Position numbers and translations under genes: made by a program. Shown piece after piece: positions 49,042 through 62,840 of a stretch of 64,000 nucleotides of DNA. Positions within the stretch are counted from its first letter, which is position 1; every line of letters starts with the position of its first letter. A model generated the notes under the pieces. It saw only the letters and a program-made list of their open reading frames with translations. It was not told the DNA's origin and did no database searches. Origin of the DNA: Azolla caroliniana (lineage: Eukaryota > Plantae > Polypodiophyta); contig JBHGNT010000018.1 in the NCBI GenBank assembly GCA_043228905.1, positions 6,944,001-7,008,000 of the forward strand. Reading direction: 5' to 3'.

Positions 49042-52000
49042 AAGGGAAGGCTTGTATAATCATAGAATTAGTATTAGTCCTTTTCGGTGTAGAAGAGGAT
49101 ATCACAATTTTGAATCTAAAGAAGGTATGTTTCATGAGATACTGTTGAATCCCACCTAATCATTCGGTTTAGGTGAGTGATAAGGTATGATTTCCTTGTG
49201 AAAAATAGTAGCACCAAATGGGGAAAATCGTCCATCTAGGAAGAATAGGATTTAGTTCCAAGAGAATGCATTGACAACAATGTTTCCTTCCCATACTTTA
49301 GTGTTTTCGGAGCATCTTAATGGCTACCCAAAATGGTCCAAACCTCGAAGACTTTGGGATGGTGCTCCACCAATCTTAGCACCAACACACATTGTTCATT
49401 CTAAAATAAAACTAAATAGCACTAAAGCACAAGCCAAAAAATGCTTGATGATTCAAAATTAAAGAAGAGGACCCGCATAAACCTATAACGCTAAAATATT
49501 CTTCAAAAAAAGATGTCTCATGTGAATATATATAAAGAATATGTATTGGAAGAAGGCACATAAATTATATAGGTACTACCGACAATATGTATTTCTACAT
49601 GAGTAAGAATGCACGTCTATTAAAAATGTAACATAAAGAATATGCATGCTTTGAGACTTCTTGTGTTGAAGGTGTCATGGAATGCTTTGATGGTCTGAAT
49701 AGTAGTTTACTTTGAGGGTGTCTAGTATGGAATATTGTAATGAACACCAATGTTCCCACAAACATGATTACTCCACTCTAAGTTGCATTAGGGTCATGTA
49801 CAAGTTGAAGAGAACCTCTTCATATAAGTTTATTAGGGAAGCATATGCATGCTAGGGTTGAAATACTAGAGGAAATACATATAAGTAGAGATGTGGTCTA
49901 TGATGGTTTAAAGATTTTGTATGCAACAAAGGAGCTTCAAAATGTAAGTTAAAAAATGAAACTATACACCTAGAACGAGCCAATTGAATCCTTCAAGACT
50001 AATCAAACATGTGAGACATTGTTATGCATTATTCAAATCTAAAGATACAATACCAATCACATATGAATGTTGAGTGTTAGAATATGGACATCTAAACAAG
50101 TTATCATTTCAATGTGATGAGTACACTGCATATTGTTGAATGAAAATAATTTAAGATATGTAGATAGATATACACATCTATCGATAACACCTTGAAATTG
50201 CACGTGATATAAGAAGTTATCGTCGGGGTACTTCTACATCAAAACACACTTAGCCAACACTCGTATGTGGCAAATGCATAACAAGACACAATATGTCCCT
50301 TTAGTAGATCGGTACTCATTACCTTGTCATGAACTTGGTTGTTAGCACTGTTTTTCGGCCCTTTGTTTGTGGAACATCAATCTATAAAGCCATGGTTTTA
50401 AAAAAAAGTGTTAAGATTGGGGAACTGAAATTGTAAAGCATTCTTGGAGGATCACTTTGTTCCCAACTGCTAGCTGTGTACAGTCCTAAACGAAGGAGAA
50501 AAGTAGACATACTTTGCCATTTAGGCTCATAGGTGATTTTCTCTTGAAGTGATACTTTTTAAATTGTGACACGCCTTGTGGGCGTGCTCGCACTCTCACT
50601 CTCACTCAACAAGTATGAATAAAATTGTCTAAACGAAGATGTAGAATATGTAAAGAGTTGTATTGGTTGATATGATTATTTGTCTTGACGACAAGCAACA
50701 GTACTTTATTTAAGAGCTCAATCCTATTGACCACCTCCCACAAGCTCCTCCTTTTTTATGCAAATATTCTTGTTTTTTCTATTGCTTTTTTCCTTCTTCC
50801 CTAAAAAATGTATTCTTCTCTTGGGGTTTTTCTTCTTTTCTTTGCATTTTTTGTGGCTCTCTAGAAGTTGGGCACCCACCCCCTTTGTTCTCTATTGAAG
50901 AGGGGCGATGACTTGAGTGTCACACTAAAGAGAACACCTAGAAGGTTGAGCTCATATGTGTATGCCTTATTCACACATCAAGAATTGGTGCCTCTAAGTA
51001 TGAATATCCCTTATTAGGAAGGACACCCACATCAAGAAAACTTTTGTACTTAGGTCCCATGGGTCAATATTGGCTTCTCTATGGATGCTAAAAATATCTC
51101 GTTATCTATCTGGCTATCGACTTTGTCTCTTTCTTTTTCGAAAATGGTATTGGGATACGTCCAACTATTAAGACTAAGCACATATGGAACACCAACATGC
51201 ATTTCTTAGAATGAGTGAAGTATGAGAAAGAGGCACTTCTTGAGGTTTCTATATCGTGATTTGTAATACACAAAAATTTTAACTAGGGCAATTATAACCT
51301 AAACCTTGTGCTGGTGTGATCCATCTTTCCCTAACCATTCCTAGGTTACAAAAACAACTTCTCAATGTCAACTTTTCTCTTTATAGAGGACATGAACATG
51401 AATTTTCATTTTTTTTTCCACCATCATATAGGCATGGAGACAAAGGGATTAGATGCCGTCCAAAGAGACAAAATTAATCCTAAGACAATTATCTACAACT
51501 ATCTCGGACATTTTTTCTTTAGATTCACCCATCCATATATCACTAAAAAATAGGCAAAACGAGAGAGCAATTATAAAACTTAAAACCAAAACTTCTGTAA
51601 TTTTCAAAACATCATAAGAACATCATTAGAGTATCCCCCACATATATGCATACCATACATAATGGTAGTATATGTAAATCTAAATTCATGGTTAAACTTT
51701 AAAGATACTTTAGACAAAAATTGTGATGGTTTGAGTTGTATAAATGAAAGGCATTATACATATAGGAGTAAGTTTGACAACAATAGTTTCCGAGACAAAT
51801 ATTTAAGCATATCATTTAGCTTAGAGACTATGAACATTTGAGGTCTTTCTCTCTTATACATTCACACATACAAACAGTCACATATACATATATTTGATAT
51901 CGTTTGTTTAATAATTTTATGCCTACTTTCTAACGATACCTATGTATTATGTTTTAAAGGTTTACAATAAATGTTTTCTTTTTAATAAAGGAAGATGTAT

Positions 52001-53334
52001 ACATCAAGGTTTCTTTCTAACACGATCAAAATCACGTCTTGCTTTACATAAAGTTTGGTCACAATATGTTTATTTTTGTCCATCACTATCATCTCGTTGA
52101 CCAGGGTTACCATCTTAGCTAGTTGCCTAAGATAGTTTTTTATGAAGAGTTCACACCACATCCAAAAGTGTGATTTGAACTTTGTTTTGCTTGAGTGCTA
52201 TTAATATGTGGTTTGTTAAACCAATTGGTGAAGATTGGCATATATGTATCCCTTTGTTTTGTGAAGCTAAAGTTGTTTTCATTTGCGTGTTTGGAGCCAA
52301 ATATAAAAATGGAGTGATTTATATTAGAGATTAACTAATCAATTATAAATAATTGGTCTATACTATAAGGGGCAATATCAGCTATACCTTTGTTAAATGT
52401 TTTTTTGTTAAAACCTTTCTTCCCATTCACCACAAGAGTTAAATTAATAGTATTAAAATTTTTACCACAAATTCCTTTATCCATTAGACTGTGATTACTC
52501 TAGACAAGCATTGAAAGATAAATTAGCAAGAGCCAAAAGACGGTTGTGAAAAATAGCAAAACCAAGTAGAATATATTGTTATGCCTAGTGATTTCTGCAC
52601 ATTTGAACATGCCATACTCCATTAATTGTTCCATATGTAAAGCAATTGAGGGAGACACTCAAACATTTGACCATTCTCAAGCTTTTCATTCAACAATGGA
52701 AAAGGGGGGCTGGGGATTATGGTCCAAATTAATCATTTAGATTTCATGCCACAAGCGTTTATGATGCATACCAAACCCATATCTCCGTCTTCAATTCAGG
52801 AAAGACAATAAATTTCCAACATTTGTGACAACATCACATCCACTACAGTTTTTATCCATTTCATGAGACAAAAATATACCTCATAGTGCTTAAGTTGGCT
52901 ACCAACTTTTGAAAAGAAGGAAAACTCCAATGGATACTTCATAGCTTCATCGAATTACCTTACCAACATCCTTCCCTACCTACCTAGCAATAGATGTTTC
53001 ATCACTCTTTTCCAATAAGAAATCAATACGGTGTTGAATGGGCACTAGGGTTTTTTTTTATTATCTTCTTGATAGCTAAAACCCAATATCTTAAAAAAAC
53101 ATTTGGCTCGTATCCAAAAATATTTTCTCGTAGCTTCATTGCATAAAGCAACGAGTGCTTGTGTCAAGGATTGTTTTTTGAGTTGCAAAGTGGAGTAAAT
53201 ATGATCTTTGAGCCAAGACATCCATATGTATATCCAAAATATTTAGACTTACATTCATCCTTGACATACATATAACAAACACTCATATACGTACCCACAC
53301 CTAAATGCTAATTCTTATTGACATGTCTATACAA

Positions 53335-53336
<2 letters not shown>

Positions 53337-53403
<67 letters not shown>
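53337..53403. repeat. (AC)n microsatellite, ~33 units
   Basis: Uninterrupted AC run. Confidence 0.97.
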
Positions 53404-53406
<3 letters not shown>

Positions 53407-54699
53407 TGGCATATACATAAATGAAATTTAATATGAACCTATAGATATATAATATGCCATGAGAACAAACATTCACAATGCAAAACAACATGATAATATT
53501 TTGAAAAATCTAATTTACCACAGGAAACTTCAATGGGTTGGATTGGTCAACATGTTCGAGCTAGAATTTTCAAAATCTAGATGAGGTTAATAGATTGTCA
53601 ACATGGTCTTTATAACATTCTCTACTCTAATAAGATAGTAGCTCTCGCTTTTATATATTATTGCTTTGGCTAGCTATTAGGTCTTTGTGTTCACACAAGA
53701 AAAGTTACCAATGAATCCTAGGTAGGTAAACTTGTTATAGCGATCTACATAATTACTTGAGCGATAATATAAGTTATTTTGAAATAAAATGTGCTACATG
53801 TTGTAGATCCATTTCCTATGAACACATGATCTAGACATTTAATTAATGCAGACATTAGATAAACAAAACAGAATAAAGAGGAAAAAACAAAGTTATATTA
53901 TGACGATTCATCTCTTCGAGTTGGTTTTGCTTGTCACAAGTTGGTTCATCCCATTTCAAAAAAATATTCAAGACATTTACATTGTGGTGTAAATAGTAAC
54001 TAGAACTTAGGATTAGGGCCCATGCACATAAGTTTGTTATAAGCTATATTTAAAGTAGTGTTCTTCAAATTTCATGGACACTCTTAGAGTAGAAGAAAAG
54101 TATTGTAATGTCTCTTCATTTAAGACCATTAAACTCACAAAGAATAAATGATGTGTATTTATTTATGTCTTCCCACCTCAATGCAAATACAATATGTAAC
54201 CCCTCACTTGAATATATATACACAACGTGTGTATGTATCTCATATAATTCTTGCTAACTTTTCAAGTTACTTGTGATAAAAAGGATCATATGCACATCCT
54301 TAATCTAGATGCAAACAATAATTGTAAATTCATTATCTTTTGTTAAATAAGAGCTTACAACTTTTGTTATACCTTAAAGGTAAAATTTTATGCACCATCC
54401 AAATTTGAAAAGGCATGAGAATTTTTTATTTGCAACCGTTTAAATAGTTTGCTAAAAAATAAGTTTCTCAAATGTAATTTGTAACATAATTAAACTTACA
54501 TAAGATCCATAATATAACCATGATAATCAATTTTGTGATCCAAAACTGGTCTAACAATTACACTTGTTGATTACTCTTTTTCACACCAAAGCGTATGACT
54601 CAAGATCTACAAACTATGATAATCTCACTCTAACCTTTCTTTCACTACAAGATTGATGATAGACTTTAGTCAATCTTGGTTGGCCCCTCTGTTGGCTTG

Positions 54700-55250
54700 A
54701 ACAAATAATGATATCTTCCTAATCAATTTTTTTGGCAAAACTTGGGTATTCCCTAGAATTTTAGTGTTTTCACTAGAGATAATGTGGATTGGATAGCCAA
54801 AAAGATTAAAGATAAGTTCAACATTAAAAATTAGAGATCGGATCTATGCATGTATGGTTCTACAAATGGTGCAATTTATGCTTATGGCTAACATAAAATT
54901 TTCTTCTAATTGATTCCTTGGCAAAGAAAGCATCGAGGGAATTTCCTGGTCGTTATGCTCGAGTATTTTCTACATTAAACTAAACATAATTGGAAAGGCT
55001 TTGGCTTATTGAAAAGAATATTAATATCCATGTCTTAGCTTGGAATGCAACTTTTCTCCTCAACAGTGTGTCTTAGAAGCAAATCTAAATGCAAATGCTT
55101 ATACTTTTATGCATTGGACCTATAAATAAAGTTTTTCAATTACAATGTCTTTTTTGGAGACATCAAGAGGGTTAAGCTAGCACCAACTTGATTGCGAATT
55201 GGAAAAAGTTACGAAAATCTAAGCTCAATAGAGAAGATTCATTATTGAAG
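54700..55250 (+). pseudogene. Possible highly decayed LINE RT fragment
   Basis: AAAACTTGGGTATTCCC (LGIP-like) followed by W-IAKKIKDKF-like sequence; many stops. Confidence 0.3.
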
Positions 55251-55599
55251 TGATTATGTGAGGTGTGGAATTTTATGTTTGAGTAATGTTTTCAAGAACA
55301 AGATAGAAAAACTGTGGGTTTATTCTCTTGCAAAGATATACGACATACAAAATATAGTCACATTTGATGACAATATATTGTCTTTTCCAATAATAAGATG
55401 GAGACACGGCCTTCGTATACATCACAAGTGTCTTTGTTCAACAACTGACTTTAAACTATATCTCCTTGCCTTGATTTGTGGATGAAACACAAGTTCAAGA
55501 TTGGCATATATTCTTAGCTCCTAGGCATTGACCTCTATAGACCATCTTAGCCAAAAACCATACATAGGACTATATGTGAACCATGGATGGGTATTGTGT

Positions 55600-55830
55600 T
55601 TTAATGACCATCTCCAACCACTAACTAAAGTCCAACGCCAACATCGTCAGGACAATGGACTCTGTCTCTATTGTGGCAACCCCGGCCATGTCATCCGCCA
55701 CTGCTCGGTGCGGGGCCCACGACATCAATTCCATCGTGCACGTCTTGTGGAGGTTCCTCAACAACAGGAAAACAACCAAGTCCGGTTGTAGTAGCATCCA
55801 TGCCGCTGGACGCTTCCCATTACTCACGGC
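55600..55830 (+). pseudogene. Ty3/gypsy gag fragment with CCHC knuckle
   Basis: PLTKVQRQHRQDNGLCLYCGNPGHVIRHC, typical of chromovirus-type gag. Confidence 0.75.
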
Positions 55831-57450
55831 CCCTTCTGGATTGATCGCCATAATTGGGTACAAGTTATTGTACTTGTGCCCGCCCCCTATCTTCAGGCTT
55901 CTTCGGCTGATCATCCATACCGACTCACTTAGAGTCGTTTTGTACTCGTCTTCGGCTAGCATGCCGATGGAGACCATACTCCTTTTCAGATCATGTACGT
56001 GCTGAACTCGGTGGAGGGTGATCATGTTGTCATTGGGCAATCGGATGGGAACCTCTCCGGTCCCTGCGACTCTACACTCCTGCCCGTTGCCTAGTCAAAC
56101 TATGGCGTTGGCGTCAACTGAATAGTTCGAAAACCATTCAATGTTGGGGGTCACGTGAAATGTGGCACCGGAATCCAGTAGCCACGTGAGTGCATCCTGT
56201 GCAGTGTAGAGGACTTCTCCGATCTAAACAAAGGATTTCTCTTGATCAGGTGTCGGCAACGTTGATTTGGTTGCCTACTGGAGAGTGGTCTGAGTCGGGT
56301 TGTCCACGATTTCGCTCAGATCGCTGACTACTCTCTTTCCTCTTGATCGACCAGCAGTCGGAAACATTGTGGCCAACTTTTTTGCAGTGTGTGTAGAATT
56401 CGCTTGATCAGCCCGTTCTCAACTTCGACTGTTGCCAGTCCCCCCTTGTTTTTGATCAATTGGTATTGCGACCGGTTTTGTCGGCTTGTTCTCTCATTCG
56501 ACTTTGTCGGTCGAGTGATGGGCTTATGCCGATTCATCGATGGTAAGTCCCATCGATTTTCGCCGAATGTCCTCGGTGAGGACTTGGCCGATTGTCTCAT
56601 CCAGATTTAGGATCGGTCGGCTATTGGCGTATATAGTGCAAAATACCTCCCACTCGTCGACAAGGTCGATAGGAGGGCAAGGGCTTTCACTTCTTCTTCG
56701 AAGTTGATCCCTTGTGATGAGAGTCCTGACAACACCCGGATGAAGGTGTTGATGTGAGAGGTAGCCGGATCGGTCTCTCTCATCTTGATGTTGAACAGTT
56801 GTTTGATCAAGATCAATTTTGAAGATGAGGACTTTTTCTCGTACACGGCTTGTAGCTTCTCCCATAATGAGAACGTTATCGTCTCTTTTGCCATGTTGAA
56901 GTAGACATTTTCGGCTAGGTGCATTTGAATGGTGGAGTGTGCGATTTTGTCGATTAATCTCCACTCATCGGCTAACATTGAAGCAGAATTTTCGGAGTGT
57001 TGAATGGTCTCGAACTATCTTCGAATATTACGTCCTGCATCATCTCCTTCCATAGGGCAAAGTTTTTGTCGTTGAATTTTTGGATCTCAACACCTGTACC
57101 AGATGTTGATGCCATGATTCTTTTGAAAGTGAGATTTGCTAACCTGGTCTTTTTCCTTTAAGCTTTTTTTGCTGTTTGTTGTGGCCGAACCGTGGATCGC
57201 TCTGATACCAATTGAAAGACAGATATGCGCGGAAACGTATGTGAGGACCTGTCGGTTGTGCTCAGTGAACAACAGAGAGGGGAGGCAAGAAGATATAGAC
57301 AAATGATAGATACACACAGATAAAGCTTTAATGGAAGCTCTCTTTATTTCTGTTCTCTCTCTCTCAAAGAGACTCGATGTACAGGATGATCAAGTGATCT
57401 CTTCTTTACAACGTTAGGTTATTGCTTATATACTAAGCCCTAACTATATG
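55826..57450 (-). mobile_element. Truncated Ty1/copia element F (partial 5' LTR, PBS, gag, protease)
   Basis: PBS GCTCTGATACCA 57199-57210; LTR start 57213; gag from ATG 57115 (MASTSGTGVEIQKFNDKNFALWKE..; LWEKLQAVYEKKSSSSKL); protease WLLDSGATFHVT ~56150-56190. Confidence 0.82.
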
Positions 57451-57903
57451 GATGAGTTCACACTAGGATACAAAGTGGAAGGAGTCGACCTTTTATGCCA
57501 ACATATCGGTTACCAACTCACCACCCCTATGATTGCCCAATCGAACTCCAAGCTGGCGAGCATCCCCCATTTGGTCCTATCTATAGGTTATCTGAACCCG
57601 AACTTGAGGTTCTCCACACATATCTGGCTGAGAATCTCGCGAAGGGCTTCATTCAACCCTCCAAATCACCAGCTGGGGCACCAATCTTATTTGTCAAAAA
57701 GAAGGACGACTCCTTATGCTTATGTGTGGATTATCGGGATCTCAACAAAGTTACGATGCATAATCGTTACCCCCTGCCCTTAATTTCAGCGCTCCTCGAT
57801 CGACTCTTAAAAAGGCATATCTTCTCCAAAATCGACCTTCGAGGCGCCTACAATTTGGTGCGCATCAAGCCTGGGGATGAGTGGAAAACAACCTTCCAGA
57901 CGC
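57450..57903 (+). pseudogene. Ty3/gypsy (chromovirus-like) RT N-terminal fragment
   Basis: [78 protein letters not shown]. Confidence 0.9.
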
Positions 57904-58567
57904 TGTAGTGGAGAAAACCGCCCCTAGGAGGAATCAAGGAAATATGCACAAGAATTGGCCCTTACATGTGGGTACGCTATTTAATTACTTGTACATACTT
58001 AGGGGTGATTCTATTGATGTGAAGATACTAGGTTGTACGCATTTATTGTTTAGGAAATCGTAGTGTATCTTTGTCCGAGGTGACAGGGAATAAAGATGAT
58101 GTAACCAGGGTATAACAGTCTATCCCCAAAGGCCTATAAAAGGGAGGGGAGAAGGCTGAGAGGGAATTGCTTTCTGTCGAGGACTAAGTGTTGTCGGACT
58201 GGAGTTTGGAACCAAGCTCTTCTCCTTTGTCTTTCATCGTTTTCTGCAGGGTTGGGGAGGCTGCCTCCGCTTCGTGGAAAGCCCGAGTGCTTCCGGTAGA
58301 GGCTCCATCTCTTTTTGTTGTGTGCGTTGTGTGAGTTGGTGTTAGTGAGTTGGCGCTTGCCGGCCAACCGCCTGTAATCTTGATATATATATATATATAT
58401 ATATACATTTGCCTCACGTGTTGTCTGACCTTGTTGTGAGTTCTTTGTGTATCTGTGTGTGCGTGGCTCGGCCGTTGGTTCGTGGTGCTCCTCCTTTTGT
58501 TCGGTAATTCCCCGGTTTAGGACCCCCGCGGTTCCGTCTTGGTTTCTCCTGCGTGTGCAGAATAACG
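57904..58567. mobile_element. LTR-like segment of another element, interrupting the gypsy RT and itself interrupted by copia E
   Basis: RT reading stops abruptly at TGTAGTGG; TATA-like CCTATAAAAGGG at ~58133, (AT)n tract; partner LTR not in window. Confidence 0.55.
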
Positions 58568-61500
58568 TGTTAGGAAACAGGTCCCTCCGGATGGGAAGTG
58601 AGAAGAACAATGTTGATGAGCAACTCGGCCGAGGCCGATAGGCCGGTGAGAACCGGATGTGGAGTACCCGGCAACGGAAGACCCGGTGAGAACCAGATGT
58701 GGAGTACCCGGCAACGGAAGAATCGGTGAGAACCGGATGTTGCAGGCCCGGTGAGAACCTCTCACTGGATGAAGGGACATATATGTAAATATGTTCCAGA
58801 GAGAGAGCCCACCGGGGCTATATTTGTATATAACCCGAAAGTCATATTAGTATAAATATGACCTAGGGCAAACTTAATTGTATGATGATAGAGTTATTGG
58901 TGTAACGACTGTACAAAGAGAGAGACAGAGAGAGCGATACAAAGCATGTCTTTGTTGTAACCGCCGCTAGGCGAAGATTGTGAGCAAGAGGTCGTTGCCT
59001 CTGTGTTCCCTGTTGTATTACTTTATAGAGTGATAGTTTGGAGTCTGTGGACTCCTGTGGTTTTTCCCTCTCAGGGTTTTCCACGTTAATATCTTGTGTA
59101 TTCTCTTTCTGTTTTGTCAACTTACCTCCATTCCCATTTCTTCTGTGTTTATTATTATTATTGTCATCAAGTGATCTACGCTTCGGTTGTGGTTGGAGAT
59201 TATTCCGCGCATTTCTCGTCAAATTGGTATCAGAGCGAAATGATACAGAAAAATGGACGATTCGTTGGGAGGCATATTCAAGCTCACCGGCTCCAACTAT
59301 TCAGTGTGGAAGTCGAAGATGAGGGACATGCTCGTGGTTAAAGATATTTGGTTGCCGGTTTAGTTCGGGGACAAGAGGCCAGACAAAATCAATGCCACGA
59401 TATGGGAAGTGATGCACATGAAGAGAATGGCGTACATACGGTGCTTCATCGACATGAGTCTATACAAAAACTTCAATGAAGAGAGCAAGGCTCATGAGCT
59501 CTGGGAGAAGATCGACATTATGTTTCAAAACAAAAATGCTGTGAATCAGGTTTCGGTATTTCGGAAGCTAGTAAGACTCCGGTACCAAGACGGCTCTAGC
59601 ATGGCGGAGCACATGAATGCCTTCTAGGGGCTGATCCACCAGGCAACATCATTAGAAGTACCTCTCGCCGATGAGGTACTAGCACTACTCCTGCTCGGTT
59701 CCCTCCCAGATAGTTGGGAGACGTTGGTTGTCACTTTGGGCAACGCTGGGTTGGAAGGGAAATGGTTATCCCTAGCAAGGGTGAAGTCAAGCTTGCTAGA
59801 TGAGGAGGCGCATCGGAAAGACAAGGATACGAACTGCGACTCCAAAGCGCTCCTTACCGAATCGGAACACGGAAGGCAAAGGAACCGTAGTCCCCAGAAC
59901 CGGGAAAAGTCGGGGACACGGTCAAAGTCAAGGGGGAGGCCTACTTGCTTCTATTGCGGCAAGCCGAGACACTTCCAAAAGAACTGTCGGCACTTCCGAA
60001 AAGACAAGGAAACCGACGGTACCGATTCGAAGTGGACACTGGACCGAAACGGTAAACACCGGAGGGGGCCGGACTGAAAGGGAACGACGGCAATCACGGC
60101 AAGTGAAGAAGAGTTGATGCTCATCACCGAGGAGAGTGAGCTAAACCTTGCCGGCGACGAGATGACTTGGGTGGTCGATTCCGGAGCGTCGTTCCACCTT
60201 ACCCTGGACCAGAAATGCTTCTCATCCTACTCAGCCGGTGATCACGACTGTGTCCGGATGGGGAATGAAGGTACATGCCGAATTGTCAGCATAGGAGACG
60301 TGTGGTTGACAACACCAACCAGATGCAAGCTGCTGCTGAAGGATGTCCGACACGTTCCGGAGGTTCAACTGAACCTGATATAAGCCGGTCGGCTAGATGA
60401 TGAAGGCTACACGGGTAGCATCCGGAACGGTGTTATGAAGTTCAGCAAAGGGAGCCTGATTGTGGCTCGGGCTCGGAAGGTCAACACGCTGTACCTGATG
60501 AATGCCCGGTTATGCCCGGAAAAAGTGAACGTGGCTTCCGACACTGCCGGTGAGCTGTGGCGCAAGAGACTGTGTCACATGAGCATGAAGGGGATGAAGA
60601 GGCTTGCCGATGACAACCACATTCCAGTGAAGAACGTGCATCTTGAGAGGTGCATCGATTGCCTAGCCGGTAAACAAATTGGACCTCCTTCGGATCGAGG
60701 ACACCAATGAGACGTAATGCACCACTGGAGTTGGTGCATATTGATGTGTGTCAAGTGGACACGAAGTCACATGCAGGATTGCAGTACTTCGTGACGTTCA
60801 TAGATGACCACAATAGGAGGCTGTGGGCCACACCGTTGAAGACGAAGGATCAAGTGTTATCTGTCTTCAAGGAGCTCCACACAAGAGTGGAAAGAGAACC
60901 CGGCCGGAAGCTGAAGGCGGTTCGAGTAGATAACGGAGGTGAATATCGGGGGCAGTTTGAGGAGTACTGCAGCTCGAAGGGAATCTGGGTTGAATTTACC
61001 GTGCCGAAGATGCCGGAACTAAACGGGCTAGCCGAGAGGATGAACCGGACCATAATGGAGAGGGTTCGGAGTATACTAGCACATGCTAAGCTACCCAAGA
61101 TGTTTTGGGCTGAGGCGCTGTCGACAACGACGTATGTGATAAACAGATCACCCTCAGTGCCCTTGGATGGAGACACGCCGCAGAAGGTCTGGACCAGTAA
61201 GGAAGTGTCCTATCGGCATCTGAAGGTGTTCGAGTGTCTCGCGTACGTGCATGCTGCTAAGGACCGGAGAGGAAAGTTGGATCCAAAGACCCGACCATGC
61301 ATATTCCTCTGATACGGCGATGATGAGTTCGGCTACTGAGTGTGGGATCCGGTTGACAAGAAAGCTTTCCGGAGCCGAGATATTATCTTCATGGAGGACA
61401 AGACCCTTGCCGACTGGGAGTCGAAGAAGAAGATAATGAACTCCGATGAGATTCGACCCACCCGGCTAAGAGCCGGTTGACACTCGAGGAACCAACCGGT

Positions 61501-62840
61501 TACGGTGAGGATACCGAACCGACAGAAGAAGAAGTAGCGGAAGCTGAAATCGGAACCGGCCAAGACCCTGAATCAGATTCGGATGAAGAACAAATAGTGG
61601 AGCCGGTTACCGCAAGCCAAAGACGGAGATATCCTCTCAGAGAGAGAAGCCCCCCCCGGAGATTTCCGGATGTAGAGCACGTGCTGTTGACCGATGAGGG
61701 AGAGCCGGAAAGATTCGAAGAAGCGAAGGATGACACCCACAACCGCAAATGGTTAAGTGCCATGCAAGATGAGATGGATTCCCTACATGAGAACTATACG
61801 TACGAATTGGTGGAGTTGCCGAAAGAAAAGCGGGCACTCCGAAATAAGTGGGTGTACAAGTTGAAACTGGGAGATGCCGGCAAACCCCCGAGATACAAAG
61901 CCAGGATCGTGGTGAAGGGGTTCCAGCAGAAGAAGGGTGTGGACTTCGACGAGATATTTGCCCCGGTAGTAAAGATGACTTCCATCCGAACGGTGCTGAG
62001 TATAGCGGCAAGCATGAACCTCGAGGTAGAACAGCTGGACGTGAAGACGACATTCCTTCACGGTGACCTCGAAGAGGAGATCTACATGCAGCAACCGGAA
62101 GGATTCGTGGAGAAAGGGAAGGAGCACCTGGTTTGCCGGTTGAAGAAGAGCCTATACGGACTGAAGCAGGCTCCCCGACAATGGTACTGGAAGTTTGACT
62201 CCTTCATGACCGACCAAGGGTATCACAAAACGCAAACCGATCACTGCGTGTTTGTAAAGAAGTTCGAAGAAGGTGACTTCCTGATACTCCTTCTGTACGT
62301 GGACGACATGTTGATTGTCGGACGGAACCAAGCCAAAATACAGATGCTGAAGAAGGCTCTAAATCGAACCTTCGCAATGAAAGACTTGGGCCCGGCAAGA
62401 CAGATACTGGGGATGCACATCATTCGGAACCGGTCAAAGAAGCAATTGTGGTTGTCACAGGAGAAATACATGACAAAGGTGCTTCAGCGGTTCAACATGT
62501 TAGAAGCGAAACCGGTTGGATCGACACTCCCGACAAATTGCAGATTATCCGGTAAGCAAAGCCTGAAGACGAAAGCATAGAAGGCAGATATGATGAAGGT
62601 TCCATATGCTTCTTCTGTCGGGAGCTTAATGTTCACAATGGTGTGTACTCAACCGGATATTGGATACGCAGTCGGAGTGGTGAGCCAGTTTATGAGCAAT
62701 CCCGGCAAGGAGCACTGGAACGCGGTCAAATGGATACTTCGGTACTTGAAGGGCACTTCGAATATGTGTCTCCGATTTGGATAAGCAGTCGGAGTGGTGA
62801 GCCAGTTTATGAGCAATCCCAGCAAGGAGCACTAGAACGC
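58568..62840 (+). mobile_element. Ty1/copia element E (degenerate relative of D), interrupted by a gypsy insertion
   Basis: 5' LTR 58568-59221 with D-family motifs; PBS TGGTATCAGAGC 59225-59236; gag-pol from ATG 59253 with stops and frameshifts. Confidence 0.9.
59253..62840 (+). pseudogene. Disrupted gag-PR-INT-RT of copia E
   Basis: CFYCGKPRHFQKNC, WVVDSGAS, VDNGGEY, GLAERMNRT, QLDVKTTFLHG, LLYVDDML; from ~59800 closely parallel to the D ORF. Confidence 0.9.

Noticed and set aside
49100-54600. Long AT-rich stretch with faint retroelement-like remnants
   Set aside because: No ORF, terminus or motif strong enough to call.
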